Source: Mustelus asterias (taxonomy: Eukaryota). From it: 64,000 bases of DNA. The stretch covers positions 1,860,001 to 1,924,000 of the forward strand of contig NW_027590120.1 in the NCBI RefSeq assembly GCF_964213995.1. The letters are read 5' to 3'. Below are positions 37,024 to 49,939 of the stretch, one piece after another. A program made the translations under genes and the position numbers. Position 1 is the stretch's first letter. Each line of letters starts with the position of its first letter. Under the pieces are notes generated by a model. The model saw nothing but the letters and a program-made list of their open reading frames with translations, was not told the DNA's origin and did not search any database.

Positions 37024-37346
37024 TCATAGAATCTCCACAGTGCAGGAGGAGGCCATTCGGCCCATCAAGTCTGCACCAACCACAATCCTACCGACCTTAT
37101 CCCCATAACCCCATGCATTTACCCCAGCCTGTCCCCCTGACACTAAGGGGCAATTTATCATGGCAAATCCACCTAACCCACACATCTTTGTACTGTGGGA
37201 GGAAACTGGAGCACCCGGAGGAAACCTACACAGACACGGGGAGAATGTGCAAACTCCACACAGACAGTGACCCAAGCCGGGAATCAAACCCAGGTCCCTG
37301 GCGCTGTGAGGCAGCAGTGCTAACCACTGGACCACAATCCTGCCCC
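37024..37346 (-). mobile_element. HE1-type V-SINE
   Basis: Full copy; absent from the duplicated segment at about 47232. Confidence 0.88.
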
Positions 37347-38394
37347 AGTTTAATTCTAACTCATTCTGAGTAAATATTCTCACCAGGTCCTCTGTTGGGC
37401 CCCTGCTAAGCAGCTTTAATGGTCCATGATTGGAGAAACTGAGCAGTCACAGGAATGTGGTCAAGATAGTCATGTCCCATAATGCCTCACATTCAATCTG
37501 CTGTCCTTCAGTTATAACATAATATGTGGCTGTATGTAGCTGCCTCGGCCATGGTCAACCCCAACACTGCCTTCCTGAACTGCAACAATGCCTGAGGTGT
37601 AAGTACACCCGCAGTGCTGTTAGGGAGGGATTTCCAGCTACACATTCCAGACTTTCACTAGACTGTAGGTGGATACCAGATTGATATATTCCATTCAACC
37701 ACTCCCAAGGTGAGTTATTCCAATTCCTTTATTGTCCAGGACAATATATTCACAATATCTTTAAAACAGAAATTAAACATTCCCATTTGATTTCAGGTAT
37801 TAACATATTCTGTTAGTTTGTTCTTTATTGTCGATGTCAGGCTGGGGTTGTTTCTCTTGGAGCAAAGGAGGTTGAGGGGAGATTTGATAGAGGTGGACAA
37901 GACTCTGACAGGTTTAGATAAGGTGGACAAAGAAAAGCTGTTCCCATTAGCTGATGGGACAAGGATGAGGGGGGCACAGAATTAAGGTTTTGGATCAGAG
38001 ATGCAGCGGGGGGGTGGGGGGAGAATATTTTGATGCAGCGAATGGGAATGACCTGGAACCCGCTGCCTACGAGGGTGGAGGAAGTGGAGACAATAAACAA
38101 TTACAAAGGAAATTGGATGGGGCATCTGGGGGAGTTTCAAACAGAAATGCTGACTAAATATCTCTGAACTTCCTCACACCCTGTCACTCTGTGATCCTTG
38201 TGAAATTTGAAACTAGGTATTCGCAACAAGACTCAAAGAGCATCAGCCCACTGGAGGCAAAGTCGTGAGACCGGCCAGTCCAGCAGAAAGAAACCCTCTG
38301 ACCCTCCCCATTGACCAACTGTGAGAATGAACAAAATGCAGTCCTGGATGTAATTGAGAGCAGAAACAATAACAGCAGAATCCAACCCCTGGAA

Positions 38395-39321
38395 TCACTC
38401 GTGAACTTGTTGGTGTCTCAGCAGGTGGGATGAAAGACTGAATCTCTTCTCACATTGAGAGCAGGTGAACGGCTTCTCCCCAGTGTGAACTCGCTGGTGT
38501 CTCTGCAGGTGGGAGGACCGAGTGAATCCCTTCCCACATTGAGAGCAGGTGAACGGCCTCTCCCCAGTGTGAACTCGCTGGTGTCTCAGCAGCCTGGATG
38601 ACTCACAGAATCCCTTCCCACACTGAGAGCAGGTGAATGGCCTCTCCCCAGTGTGAACTCGCTGGTGTCTCCGCAGGGCGGATAAATCAATGAATCCCTT
38701 CTCACACTGAGAGCAGGTGAACGGTCTCTCCCCAGTGTGAACTCGCTGGTGTGTCTGCAGGCTGGATAACCGAGTGAATCCCACCCCACACTGAGAGCAG
38801 GTGAACGGCCTCTCCCCAGTGTGAACTCGCTGGTGTGTCTGCAGGTTGGATAACTGAGTGAATCCCTTCCCACACCGAGAGCAGGTGAATGGCCTCTCCC
38901 CAGTGTGAACTCGCTGGTGTCTCTGAAGGCTGGATGACTGAGTGAATCCCTTCCCACACTGAGAGCAGGTGAAGGGCCCCTCCCCAGTGTGAACTCGCTG
39001 GTGTCTCTGCAGGGTGGATAACTGAGTGAATCCCTTCCCACACTGAGAGCAGGTGAACGGTCTCTCCCCAGTGTGAACTCGCTGGTGTCTCCGCAGGCTG
39101 GATAACCGAGTGAATCCCGTCCCACACTGAGAGCAGGTGAATGGTTTCTCCCCAGTGTGAACTCGCTGGTGTGTCTGCAGGCTGGATAACTGAGTGAATC
39201 CCGCCCCACACTGAGAGCAGGTGAATGGTCTCTCCCCTGTGTGGCTGCGCCGATGAGCTTCCAGTTCAGAGGGGTATTTGTATCTCTTCCCACAGTCTGC
39301 ACATTTCCATGGTTTCTCCAT
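38395..39321 (-). CDS. C2H2 zinc-finger protein, 11 fingers
   Basis: Starts CACCATGGAGAAACCATGG (MEKPW); eleven intact, highly homogeneous 84-bp finger units. Confidence 0.88.
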   Translation of the reverse strand: MEKPWKCADCGKRYKYPSELEAHRRSHTGERPFTCSQCGAGFTQLSSLQTHQRVHTGEKPFTCSQCGTGFTRLSSLRRHQRVHTGERPFTCSQCGKGFTQLSTLQRHQRVHTGEGPFTCSQCGKGFTQSSSLQRHQRVHTGERPFTCSRCGKGFTQLSNLQTHQRVHTGERPFTCSQCGVGFTRLSSLQTHQRVHTGERPFTCSQCEKGFIDLSALRRHQRVHTGERPFTCSQCGKGFCESSRLLRHQRVHTGERPFTCSQCGKGFTRSSHLQRHQRVHTGEKPFTCSQCEKRFSLSSHLLRHQQVHE

Positions 39322-40314
39322 GGTGCAGGTGTTCTTGCCTCTCTTCAGTTGAAGACTCGTCCACACCCCCGCTGTGAATGGTGTGATATTTATTCAGGCT
39401 GTGTAACTGGTTCAAGCTCAGTGCACTGGAACACTCTCACTCCAGTGTGGCAGTGTGTTGGCGCTTTTCCAGTCACACTAATATTTGAAATCTTTTCAAG
39501 TCATCAGACCGGACAATCATTTCTCCTCGATTCAAAGGCCGATGATATTCAGGTCCTAAGGAATATGACTCTGTCAGATCGAGATGTGACGTTTGAGATT
39601 TCGGCCTGTGATTCCTCTTTCAGTATCCTGTAAAACAAGTTTACAGAAGTCATCAGTGTCAGTGCAGGATAGAAATTCAGAACAGACAATTCTAGTTTCT
39701 GTGGAACATTCTTTCCTCTCTCCAGACTCGAAACATTGGCTCTATTCTCTCTCTATCTGGGGGATAAATTGGGAAATGATGCTGCGGTAGATCAGCCAAT
39801 TCTCAATGAATGGTTGAGGCAGTTCGATGGGCTGAATGGCCAACTGCAGCTCCTGTTTCTTATGATTTGTGTGTGGTGGACAGGAAGCAGTGAGCATGGA
39901 TCTGTCAATCAGCCTCAATCAGCACCTTCAGGAGAATTGGGAGGGTGAATATTAGATACAGCAGAGTGAGAATGGAGGGAGAGTGAGTGGGATGGAGATT
40001 CACAGCTCTTGGGGAATGGGAGAGGAACGAATGTTCTTTAGAATCATAGAATTGCTGCATCTTATCAACCGTCCCTGAGCCTTCACAATGAATCTCTCTT
40101 CTCAGGACATTCTTATCTCTGACTTGTCTGTACTGCTCGCAGTCTCACAAAGCAGCTGCCTGTGTGTTGATACAAGGGGCCCTGTGAGGCAAGTTTAATG
40201 CTCCATGACTGTGTCTTTAATGACTGAATAACTATAGGAATATGGTCAAGTCAGCTAAACCACATGATGCTTTATATTTCGGTTAGTAACTGTTGATTTT
40301 GTTAACGTAGCACG

Positions 40315-40670
40315 TCAGAGGATGACCTGGGTCCCGCCCCCTCCTCCCACCCACTCCCCCCACTGATCAGAGGATGACCTGGGTCCCGCCCCCTCCACCC
40401 ACCCACTCCCCCCACTGATCAGAGGATGACCTGGGTCCCACCCCCTCCCCCCACCGATCAGAGGATGACCTGGGTCCCGCCCCCTCCTCCCACCCACTGA
40501 TCAGAGGATGACCTGGGTCCCGCCCCCTCCTCCCACCCACTCCTCCCACCGATAAGAGGATCACCTGGGTCCCGCCCCCTCCTCCCACCACTCCCCCCCC
40601 CCGATCAGAGGATGACCTGGGTCCCGCCCCCTCCTCCCACCAGCCCCCCTGATCACAGGATGACCTGGGT
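40315..40670. repeat. Irregular 39-53-bp tandem repeat, 8 copies (GATCAGAGGATGACCTGGGTCCCGCCCCCTCCTCCCACC...)
   Basis: Directly visible; GC box and TGACCT in most units. Confidence 0.9.
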
Positions 40671-41009
40671 TCTTTTTCTGTAACATCAGAACCACTTGCG
40701 GGACAGCTGCACAGGGTTTCTCCTTGTGCACAAGTCATTAAAGGCCCCACATTGGATTATGCCTGGTGTCCAGTGCTGTTTGTACTCAAGTCGACTCAGA
40801 GTGCCTAAAGTTGCTGGTACCCAGGATCTCTGACAACTCTCCCTAACCGGACCTTGATTATCCAAAGGTTGGCCAGAATCTTCTCCAGTAACTTACCCGC
40901 CACTGTTGTCAGGTTCACCGGCCTGTAATTACCAGGCTTCTCTTTGCAGCCCTTCTTAAACAGCGGAACAACATGAGCCACACTCTCGTCTTCCAGAACT
41001 TCCAGAACT

Positions 41010-41548
41010 AGTCATCGCGGAAGAGACTGATTAATATTGGCTGATTCAGGCAGGGCTCCATTGTGATGTCACAATGTGGAAGTTGTCCATTGAGCTTCAG
41101 AGTGAAACTCCCTCCTCTGGACAACATCTGGGAGGAAATCAATGTTTCCCCCTTTCCATTTCTTTTCTCATTCTGGGGGAAATTGGGGACTTGCAGCAAC
41201 TGAAGGGAAAGGAAGTGAATTTGGTCTGTACATTCCACACATTTTTACTCCAGTAATGTAGACATTTATCTGTCTGGCAGCCTGCATGGAAATTTTCAGC
41301 TCCCTCTGTGCCCAGGACAGGAAGCAGTGAGCGTGGATCTGTCAATCAGCCTCAATCAGCACCTTCAGGAGAATTGGGAGGGTGAATATTAGATACAGCA
41401 GAGTGAGAATGGAGGGAGAGTGTGTGGGATGGAGATTTACAGCTTTGGGGAGTGAGAGAGGAACGAATGTTCCATAGAAACTAGAATTGTCTGTTCTGAA
41501 TTTCTATCCTGTACTGACACTGATGACTTTTGTAAATTCCTTTTGCAG
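41010..41548 (+). promoter_or_regulatory. ZNF 5' module: CCAAT and CRE-like palindrome, exon ending GGGAGG|GTGAAT, intron with TACTGAC and TTTTGCAG
   Basis: Paralogous to 12277-12610, 39878-40053 and 49465-49685. Confidence 0.65.
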
Positions 41549-41889
41549 GATATCAGAAGGTGAAGATTTAAAAACGATTATCAAACCAAACTTCACATCA
41601 AAATCTAACATAGTCACTCAGTTCATTGGGACCTGAATATCATCGACCTTTGAATCTAGAATGGAAATGTTTCTCTGCTCTGTCTGCTTCAGGAGATTTT
41701 AAACATCAGTGTGACTGGAAAAGCACCGAGACACACACACACTGAAACATGCACACACCTGAGTGACTGTGGAAAGAACTTTAACCAGTTAAACAGCCTG
41801 AAAATACATTGCAGCAGAGAGACCGCACCCATGTTATGTTGTAACTGAACTGATTGTCAAGCCTGGAGAGTCACAAGGACACCCGCACC

Positions 41890-42250
41890 ATGGAGAAATT
41901 GTGTAAATGTGGGGACTGTGGGAAAGGATTCAGGTTCCCATCTGCACTGGAAACTCATCAGCGCAGTCACACTGGAGAGAGACATTCACCTGCTGTGTGT
42001 GTGGGAAGGGATTCACTCAGTTATCCCATTTACAAACACACCAGGGAGTTCACACCAGGGAGAGGCCATTCACCTGCTCTATGTGTGGGAAGGGATTCAC
42101 TCAGTTGCTCAACCTGTTGAGCCACAAGGTCACTCACACCCAAGACAGACCCTTTAAATGCTCTGACTGTGGGAGTGGCTTCATAAGCTCTCGGGAATTG
42201 ATGGTCCACCAGCGCATTCACACTGACGAGAGACCGTTTAGCTGCTCTCA
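41890..42250 (+). pseudogene. C2H2 zinc-finger pseudogene
   Basis: MEKL start, frameshift near 41982, truncated after about 4 fingers. Confidence 0.8.
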
Positions 42251-42351
42251 GGGGTTTACAGGGTTGATTACAGGGGTTGGATTCTTTCTCTCTCAATCTT
42301 TCTCTTTCCCACCCTGCTCTCCCCCCCCCTGCTCTTTCCCCACCCCCACCC

Positions 42352-42583
42352 CCTGCAGAGTGGATGAATCTCTGAATCCCTTCCCACACTGTGAGCAGGT
42401 GACTAGCCTCTCCTCAGTGTGAATTCGCTGGTGTCTCAGCAGATTCGATGAATGATTGAATCCCTTCCCACAAGTGGAGCATATGAACGGTCTCTCCCCG
42501 GTGTGACTGCGTCGATGAGATTCCACCTCAGATGGGGCTCTGAATCCCTCCCCACAGTCTCCACATTTCCATGGTTTCTCCAT
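42352..42583 (-). pseudogene. C2H2 zinc-finger pseudogene, 3' truncated
   Basis: MEKPW start, 2.5 fingers, then low-complexity sequence. Confidence 0.8.
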
Positions 42584-42907
42584 GGTGTCGGAGTCCTTGT
42601 GTCTCTCCACAATCAGTGCGCTGGAACACTCTGATACGGGTGTGTGAATCTCAGTGCTTTTCCAGTCACACTGATGTTAAAAAGGCTGATGATTTTCATG
42701 TCCTTATGAATCAAGTGACTCTTTTGAGATTTCCATTTTCCAAACCTCTCCTTCCAATATCCACTGAAAGCAGTTTACAAAAATCATCACTGTCAGCACA
42801 TGATAGAAATTCAAAACAGACAATTGTAGTTTCTATGGAACATTCTTTAAATCTTCACCCACGCCCCTCACACATACACTCTCTCTCTCTCATTCCATTT
42901 AGCATTC

Positions 42908-43175
42908 TGCAGCATGGTAGCACAGTGGTTAGCACTGCTGCCTCACAGTGCCAGGGACCTGGGTTCGATTTCCGGCTTGGGTCACTGTGTGTGTGGAGTT
43001 TGCACGTTCTCCCCGTGTCTGCATGAGTTTCCTCCCACATTCTGAAAGACGTGCTGGTTCGGTGCATTGACCCGAACAGGTGCCGGAGTGTGACAACTAG
43101 GGGAATTTCACACTAACTTCATTGCAGTGTTAATATAAGCCTTACTTGTGACTATTAAATAAACTTTAAACTTTA
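42908..43175 (+). mobile_element. V-SINE with an alternative 3' tail
   Basis: Same head and partial V-domain, but tail CTTCATTGCAGTGTTAAT..TAAATAAACTTT differs from HE1. Confidence 0.7.
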
Positions 43176-43299
43176 ATATACACTACTCAATTCTCCTGAA
43201 GGTGCTAATTAATGCTGATCGACACTCACCATTTCATGTTCCTGACAGATCGTAAGAAATAGTTAGAAATTCAGCCCACCAAGCTGTTCAATTGAATTC

Positions 43300-43737
43300 T
43301 TTTTATTCATTTATGGGACATGGATGTTGCTGGCTGGCCAGCATTTATTACCCATCCCTAGTTGCCATTGGAGGGCAGTTGAGAGTCAACCACATTGTTG
43401 TGGCTTTGGAGTCACATGTTGGCCAGACCAGTTAAGGATGGCAGATTCCATTCCCTAAAGGACATCAGTGAACCAGATGGATTTTTCCAACAATCGACAA
43501 GGGTTTCATGGTCATCAGGAATTTCTTAATTCCAGATATTTTTTGTTGAATTCAAATTCCACCAGCTGCTATGGGGTGGGATTGTTGTTGGTGCAGACTC
43601 GATGGGCTGAATGGCCTCCTTCTGCACTGTAGGGTTTCTATGATTCTATGACAGGATTCAAACCCGGGACCCCAGAACATCAGCTGAGTTTCTGAATTAA
43701 TAGTCCAGCAATAATACCACAAGGCCATCGTCTCCCC
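43300..43737 (-). mobile_element. Second tRNA-derived SINE-like repeat, with an HE1 tail inserted at about 43575-43650
   Basis: Reverse complement matches 54986-55340. Confidence 0.65.
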
Positions 43738-44536
43738 ATCAAGATCATGGCTGATCTGATTGTGATCTGAACTCCACTTTTCTTCCTGTCACCCGTAACT
43801 CCCTTTTCGATCAAAAATCTCTGTGTTTTGAGTATATTTAATGATGCAGCCTCCACTGCTCTCTGGGGAAGAGAATTGCAAAGACTAACGGCCCTCTGAG
43901 GGAAGACATTTCTCCTCCTCACCATCAGAAATGGGGGACTCTTTATTTTGACAATCTGCCGACAAATTCTGGAATCCCCAACATTGGAAACATCCTCTCT
44001 TCATCTACACTAATCACTACCTCACAATCTGATGTCAATACTATGATCACCTCTAAACTCCAGTCAATACAGGCCCAAACTTTCCTCACAAAACAACGCC
44101 TTCATCCCAGCTATCAGCCTGCAGATCCTTCTCTGAACTGACAATGACAGAGAGGTGATCAGGGAGGGCAGGGGTGAAACAAAGCAATGGATGGACATGG
44201 ATTCAGATCCACAGTAATGGAGTCACACCAGCCACAGAGATGTGGAACCAGAGCACAGATAACAGAACACAGCACAAAAACTCAAAATTATAGGTAAATG
44301 TTCAATAATACTCACCTCTGAAACAATTTCACTGTTTTCTAATTTAAAACCTGCGGCTGGAAAGATGTCAGAAGCACTGGAATCAGAGAAAAATTGCAAT
44401 CTTCAAATATTCTAACTCCCTGCAAAAGGAGATTACAAGAGTCATGTGTTAATTGTAGCTTGAAATTAAGAGATACACATTTTTTGGGGGTTTGAGATTG
44501 CTTGAAAATTCTCTTCGAACCAAGGAGATTCCAAAT

Positions 44537-44873
44537 GCGGCACGGTAGCACAGTGGTTAGCACTGCTGCTTCACAGCTCCAGGGCCCCGGGTTCGATTCC
44601 CGGCTCGGGTCACTGTCTGTGTGGAGTTTGCACATTCTCCTCGTGTCTGCGTGGGTTTCCTCCGGGTGCTCTGGTTTCCTCCCACAGTCCAAAGATGTGC
44701 GGGTTAGGTTGATTGGCCAGGTTAAAAAAAGAAAAATTGCCCCTTGGAGTCCTGAGATGCGTAGGTTAGAGGGATTAGCAGGTAAATATGTCGGGGTAGG
44801 GCCTGGGTGGGATTGTGGTCGGTGCAGACTCGATGGGCCGAATGGCCTCTTTCTGCACTGTAGGGTTTCTATG
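44537..44873 (+). mobile_element. HE1-type V-SINE, young full-length copy
   Basis: Nearly identical to 35368-35705. Confidence 0.9.
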
Positions 44874-44877
44874 AAAA

Positions 44878-45225
44878 TCACAGAATCTCTGCAGTGCAGA
44901 AGGAGGCCTTTTAGCCCATCGAGTCTGCACCAAGTTTCTAACAGAGCACCTTTACTCAGACCCTATCCCTGTAACCTGATGTACGTACATCACTAATCCT
45001 TCCCTTTCCTCCCCCCTCATCTTGGGACACAGAGGGACAATTTAGCACTGTCGATCAACCTAACCTGCACATCTTTGGAGTGTGGGAGGAAACCAGAGCA
45101 CCCGGAGGAAACCCACACAGACAGAGGGAGAATGTGCAAACTCCATACAGACAATCGCCCGAGGCTGGAATTGAACCGGGTCTCTGGCGCTATGAGACAG
45201 AACTGCTAACCACTGTGTCACCCCC
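44878..45225 (-). mobile_element. HE1-type V-SINE
   Basis: Tail-to-tail with the previous copy. Confidence 0.82.
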
Positions 45226-45309
45226 AACAGTCATTTGTCAGTCCTGAATATAAATCCATAACATTCTCCCCTCCTGTTTTCTAGCATAAGATTACTTAAG
45301 ATGGAATAT

Positions 45310-45810
45310 ACTTACATTGGAAACAATTCAGACAAGGTTCACTCGCTGATTTTGGGCATGAAGGGGTCTGTTTTATGAGGAAAGGTTCGGCAGGGTGCAT
45401 CTATGCTCATTGGATTTTAGATAAATGAGATGTGATCTTACTGAAACATATGAGATTCTGAAGGTGCTTGACAGAGTGAATGCTGAAAGGGTTTACCCCT
45501 CAACACGGAATCTGGAACTGCGAGAACAATTTAAAAATAATGATCTAAGACAGAGATGAGGAGAAATTGCTTCTCTCAGAAGTTCAGTAAGCTGTGAAAT
45601 TCTCTCCCTCATTGAACAATAGAGGCCGGCTCATTGAGTATATTCAAAGCTGTGTTATTTACAATTTTACCTACCAGGAGGTGATGAGTTAGAGAGGTTG
45701 AGGCTGGAGGAAAATTGAGTTAAGCCATGTGTTTACTGAATGGCGGAGCAGCCTCGATGGGTCTAGATGCCTCCTCCTGCTCCTAATTTTGATCATGTTT
45801 TTGTTCTGTT
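45310..45810 (+). mobile_element. Old CR1 3' end
   Basis: Decayed RFTRLI..GDLTETYEIL region and tail. Confidence 0.6.
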
Positions 45811-45859
45811 ATTCGAATGGCCGCACATTCCCCCTGCAGCACCTTCCCCCGGGAAAGGC

Positions 45860-46300
45860 AGCATCCATGAACCCGGCCTGTCAGTCAATGACTCAAACAT
45901 TGTCTCTCCTGGTCACCCAAATCCTGAAGCTCCGCCCACTGGCCGCGCATGCGCTCTGCTCCCCGCTAAACAAAGATGGCGGCCACGGCACTGGGCCTGA
46001 CCCCGGATAAAATCCCCGGAGCGGCAAACCCGGGACCGGAAGGCTCTTATTCAGGCCTTGCGGCCTACAGCAGATGTTTGTGAAGCCTCTGTTCCCTCCC
46101 CACCCCGACTCCATTCCTCCGGCCGCCCTACCGATTCTCACCCCTTGAAACCAGCATCTCCCGCACTCGCAGGCCTCCGAGCAAAGTGACACTGCGCATG
46201 CCCCAGCTACAGCGCTGCGCCTGCGCACTGGGCTCCTGTGAAGTGAGTAGGGCACTTTCACACCCGCAGCGAATGCTGGGTAATAACCGCCATTGAAACC
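45860..46300. promoter_or_regulatory. ZNF-family NRF1/YY1 promoter module
   Basis: CCGCCC, GCGCATGCGC (45945), AAGATGGCGGC (45973), CCGGAAG; paralog of 6961-7383. Confidence 0.65.
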
Positions 46301-46648
46301 TCATACAATTAATTCATAATAACATTGTTCGCACTTGAGGTAAATTAATGAAATATTGAGAATTGGTGATCTCCTGTGCTCCATTTCTCAAAGTTCTGCT
46401 GCAGGACCATGCAATGGTTTCAAAGCTTTCACACCGTTTCCCTCTCACTCCTCCCTTTATGGTGCTGATTCTGACTGGGTTCAATCGCACAGTCACTGGT
46501 TCTTCTCTCTGTCCCTGATACTGAATATTCACTGTTTTAGAGAATGATACAGCATAAATAGAAATCATTTGGCCCATTATGTCTCTGCTGGCTCTCTGGA
46601 AGATCTATCCAATTAATTCCACAGCCCAGCTGGTAGAGTCAGAACAAT

Positions 46649-49560
46649 GCGGGAGGGTTGTGGGGATTCCAATCAGACCAAATCATTTTATCATAAAAGT
46701 GAAATACTGTGGATGCTGGAATCTGAAAAAAACCCAGAAAATGCTGGAAAATCTCAGCGGGTCTGATAGCATCTGTGGAGAGAGAATAGAGCCAATATTT
46801 CGAGTCTAGATGTCCCTTCATAAGAGCTCTTACGAAGTGTCATTCAGACTCAAAACGTTGGCTCTATTCTCTAATTATTTTATCAATATGTTTCTTGTTC
46901 TTAGTTTCCAAATGGCAGGTAAGAGACCTCTCCGGTCCCCACTTGAGCTCTGATTTTTCACTGACCATGCTTGGGTAGGATTATAACCATTATAATCTAC
47001 TCTCAGAGGTCTGCTTTTCAGTCCAGTGCTACTTGGAGTATACCGTCACCTCGCCGACTATCAGGTTACAAGTCCCTCACAGTTCTTATCACAAATTTAT
47101 GATGAAATAATTTAAACAATGCCTGAGAACGCTTCTTAACCGACTACCTACCATGGTTTGTTGATTGGTCAGACCCTCTTTTTACAAATTCGGGTATATC
47201 AGCTGCTGAACACCAGCCGGTGTTCTGGAATAAGTTTAATTCTAACTCATTCTGAGTAAATATTCCCACCACGTCCTCTATCGGGGCCCTGCTAAGCAGC
47301 TTTAATGGTCCGTGATTGCAGAAACTGAGCAGCCACAGGAATGTGGTCAAGATAGTCCAGTCCCACAATGCCTCACATTCAATCTGCAGTCCTTCAATTA
47401 TAACAGAATATGTGGCTGTTTGTAGCTGCCTCGGCCATGGTCAACCCCAACACTGCCTTCCTGAACTGCTACAATGCCTGAGGTGTAAGTACACCCACAG
47501 TCCTGTTAGGGAGGGTTTTCCAGCTACACATTCCATACTTTCACCAGAATGAAGGTGGATACCAGATTGTCTATTCCATTCAACCACACCCAAGGTGAGT
47601 TGTTCAAATTCCTTGATTGTCCAGGACAATATATTCACAATATCTTTAAATCAGAAATTAAACATTCCCATTTGATTTCAGGCATTAACATATTCTATTA
47701 GTTTGTTCCTTATTGTCAATGTCAGGCTGGGGTTCTCCTTGGAGCAAAGGAGGTTGAGGGAGATTTGATAGAGGTGGACAAGATTCTGACAGGTTTGGAT
47801 AAGGTGGACAAAGAAAAGCTGTTCCCATTAGCTGATGAGACAAGGACGAGGGGGACACAGATTTAAGGTTTTGGGTCAGAGATGCAGGGGGGGGGATGTG
47901 AGGGAGAATATTTTGATGCAGCGAATGGTAATGTTCTGGAACTCGCTGCCTACGAGGGTGGAGGAAGTGGAGACAACAAACTATTGCAAAGGAAATTCGA
48001 TTGGCATTCAGGCAGTGTTTCAAATAGAAATGCTGACTCAACATGTCTTAACTTCCGATCGCTCGGTCACTCTGTGATCCGTGTGAAATTTGAAACCAGG
48101 TATTCGCAACAAGACTCAGCCCACTGGAGGCAAAGTCGTGAGACCGGCCAGTCCAGTAGAAAGAACCCCTCCGACCCTCCCCATTGACCAACTGGGAAAA
48201 TGAACAAAATGCAGTCCTGGATGTAACTGAGAGCAGAAACAATGACAGCAGAATCCAACCCCTGGAATCACTTGTGAATTGGTTGGTGTCTCAGCAGGTG
48301 GGATGAAGTTCTGAAACTCTTCCCACACTGAGAGCAGATGAATGGCCTCCCCCAGTGTGAACTCGCTGGTGTCTCCGCAGGCTGGATGACTGAGTGAATC
48401 CCTTCCCACACTGAGAGCAGGTGAATGGTTTCTCCCCAGTGTGAACTCGCTGGTGTGTCTGCAGGTTGGATAAGTCAGTGAATCCCTTCCCACACTGAGA
48501 GCAGGTGAATGGCCTCTCCCCAGTGTGAACTCGCTGGTGTGTCTGCAGGTGGGATAATTGAGTGAATCCCTTTAAACACTGAGAGCAAGTGAACAGCTTC
48601 TCTCCAGTGTGAACTCGCTGGTGTCTCCGCAGGGCGGATGACTGAGTGAATCCCTCCCCACACTGAGAGCAGGTGAATGGTCTCTCCCCAGTGTGAATTC
48701 GCTGGTGTCCCCGCAGGCTGGATAAGTCAGTGAATCCCTTCCCACACACAGAGCAGGTGAATGGTCTCTCCCCAGTGTGAACCCGCTGGTGCGTTTGCAG
48801 GTGGGATGTCTGAATGAATCTCTTCCCACACTGAGAGCAGGTGAATGGCCTCTCCCCAGTGTGAACTCGCTGATGAGTCTGCAGGCTGGATAACCGAGTG
48901 AATCCCTCCCCACACTGAGAGCAGGTGAACGGCCTCTCCCCAGTGTGAACACGCTGGTGTGTCCGCAGATTCGATAACTGACTGAATCCCTTGCCACACA
49001 CACAGCAAGTGAATGGTCTCTCCCCAGTGTGACTGCGTCGATGAGCTTCCAGCTGAGATGGGGAAATGAATCCCTTCCCACAGTCCCCACATTTCCACGG
49101 TTTCTCCATGGTGCGGGTGTCCTTGTGACTCTCCAGGTTAAACAATCAGTTAAATCTCACACACAACACGGGTACAGTCTCTGCCCACTGTGAAAGCTGT
49201 GATGTATTTTCAGGCTGTGTAACTGGTTAAAGCTCTTTCCACACTCAGTGCACTGGAACACTCTCACTCAGCTGCGTGTGTGTCTCGGTGCTTTTCAAGT
49301 CACACAAATGATTAAAGTTTTTGAAGCAGACAGAACAGAGAAACATTTCTCCTTTGAGAATCAAAGGTCGAAATATTCAGGTCCCGATGAATTGAGTGAG
49401 GATGTCAGATGTTGATGTGACGTTTGGTTTGAAATTTGTCTGTAAATCCTCCCCTTCCAATATCCTGTAAAAAGAATTTACAAAAGTGATCACTGTCAGC
49501 ACAGGATAGAAATTCAGAAATTCAGGACAATTCTAGTTTCTCTGGAACATTCTTTCCTCT
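46649..49560. repeat. Direct segmental duplication of 36430-39720 (ZNF gene plus 3' flank)
   Basis: Colinear similarity from GCGGGAGGGT..GGGGATTCCAATCAGAC through the Penelope hairpin (46696-46872), CR1 fragment, 3'UTR and finger exon. Confidence 0.9.
48291..49109 (-). CDS. C2H2 zinc-finger protein, 9 intact fingers; 10th lost to a frameshift near 48350
   Basis: MEKPW start; 1-nt deletion in the TGERP linker; out-of-frame [23 protein letters not shown] follows. Confidence 0.75.
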   Translation of the reverse strand: MEKPWKCGDCGKGFISPSQLEAHRRSHTGERPFTCCVCGKGFSQLSNLRTHQRVHTGERPFTCSQCGEGFTRLSSLQTHQRVHTGERPFTCSQCGKRFIQTSHLQTHQRVHTGERPFTCSVCGKGFTDLSSLRGHQRIHTGERPFTCSQCGEGFTQSSALRRHQRVHTGEKLFTCSQCLKGFTQLSHLQTHQRVHTGERPFTCSQCGKGFTDLSNLQTHQRVHTGEKPFTCSQCGKGFTQSSSLRRHQRVHTGGGHSSALSVGRVSELHPTC

Positions 49561-49939
49561 CCCATTCCCCAAAAGCTGTGAATCTCCATCCCACACACTC
49601 TCCCTCCATTCTCACTCTGCTGTATCTAATATTCACCCTCCCAATTCTCCTGAAGTTGCTGGTTGAGGCTGATTGACAGATCCATAGAACATAGAACATT
49701 ACAGCGCAGTCCAGGCCCTTCGGCCCTCGAACAAAGAACAATACAGCACAGGAACAGGCCTTTCGGCCCTTTATTCCCTGTGATGAATTCTCCCATTTCT
49801 AACATTGTGTCAATCATTTTGTCTTTATAAATCTATAGAAATTGTTACAGTCAGTTTTTATATCCCTGCCAGCTTACTTTCATACTCCATGTTTCCCTGG
49901 GAGTGGGTGAAGCTGTTGAAAACCTGTTGCTCAGTTTGC

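Noticed and set aside
38586-39302. Alternative-frame ORFs over finger arrays (HTSEFTLGR and WEGIHSVI repeats; also at 48-49 kb)
   Set aside because: Expected shadow frames of C2H2 repeats.
44339-44996. Recurrent ORFs such as CGRKPEHPEETHADT and GSLSVWSLH
   Set aside because: Translations of the SINE V-domain, not genes.
46880-47720. Possible coding relic in the duplicated 3' flank (ORF 47144-47368)
   Set aside because: No recognisable domain, and the frame has stops in the duplicate at 37.4 kb.
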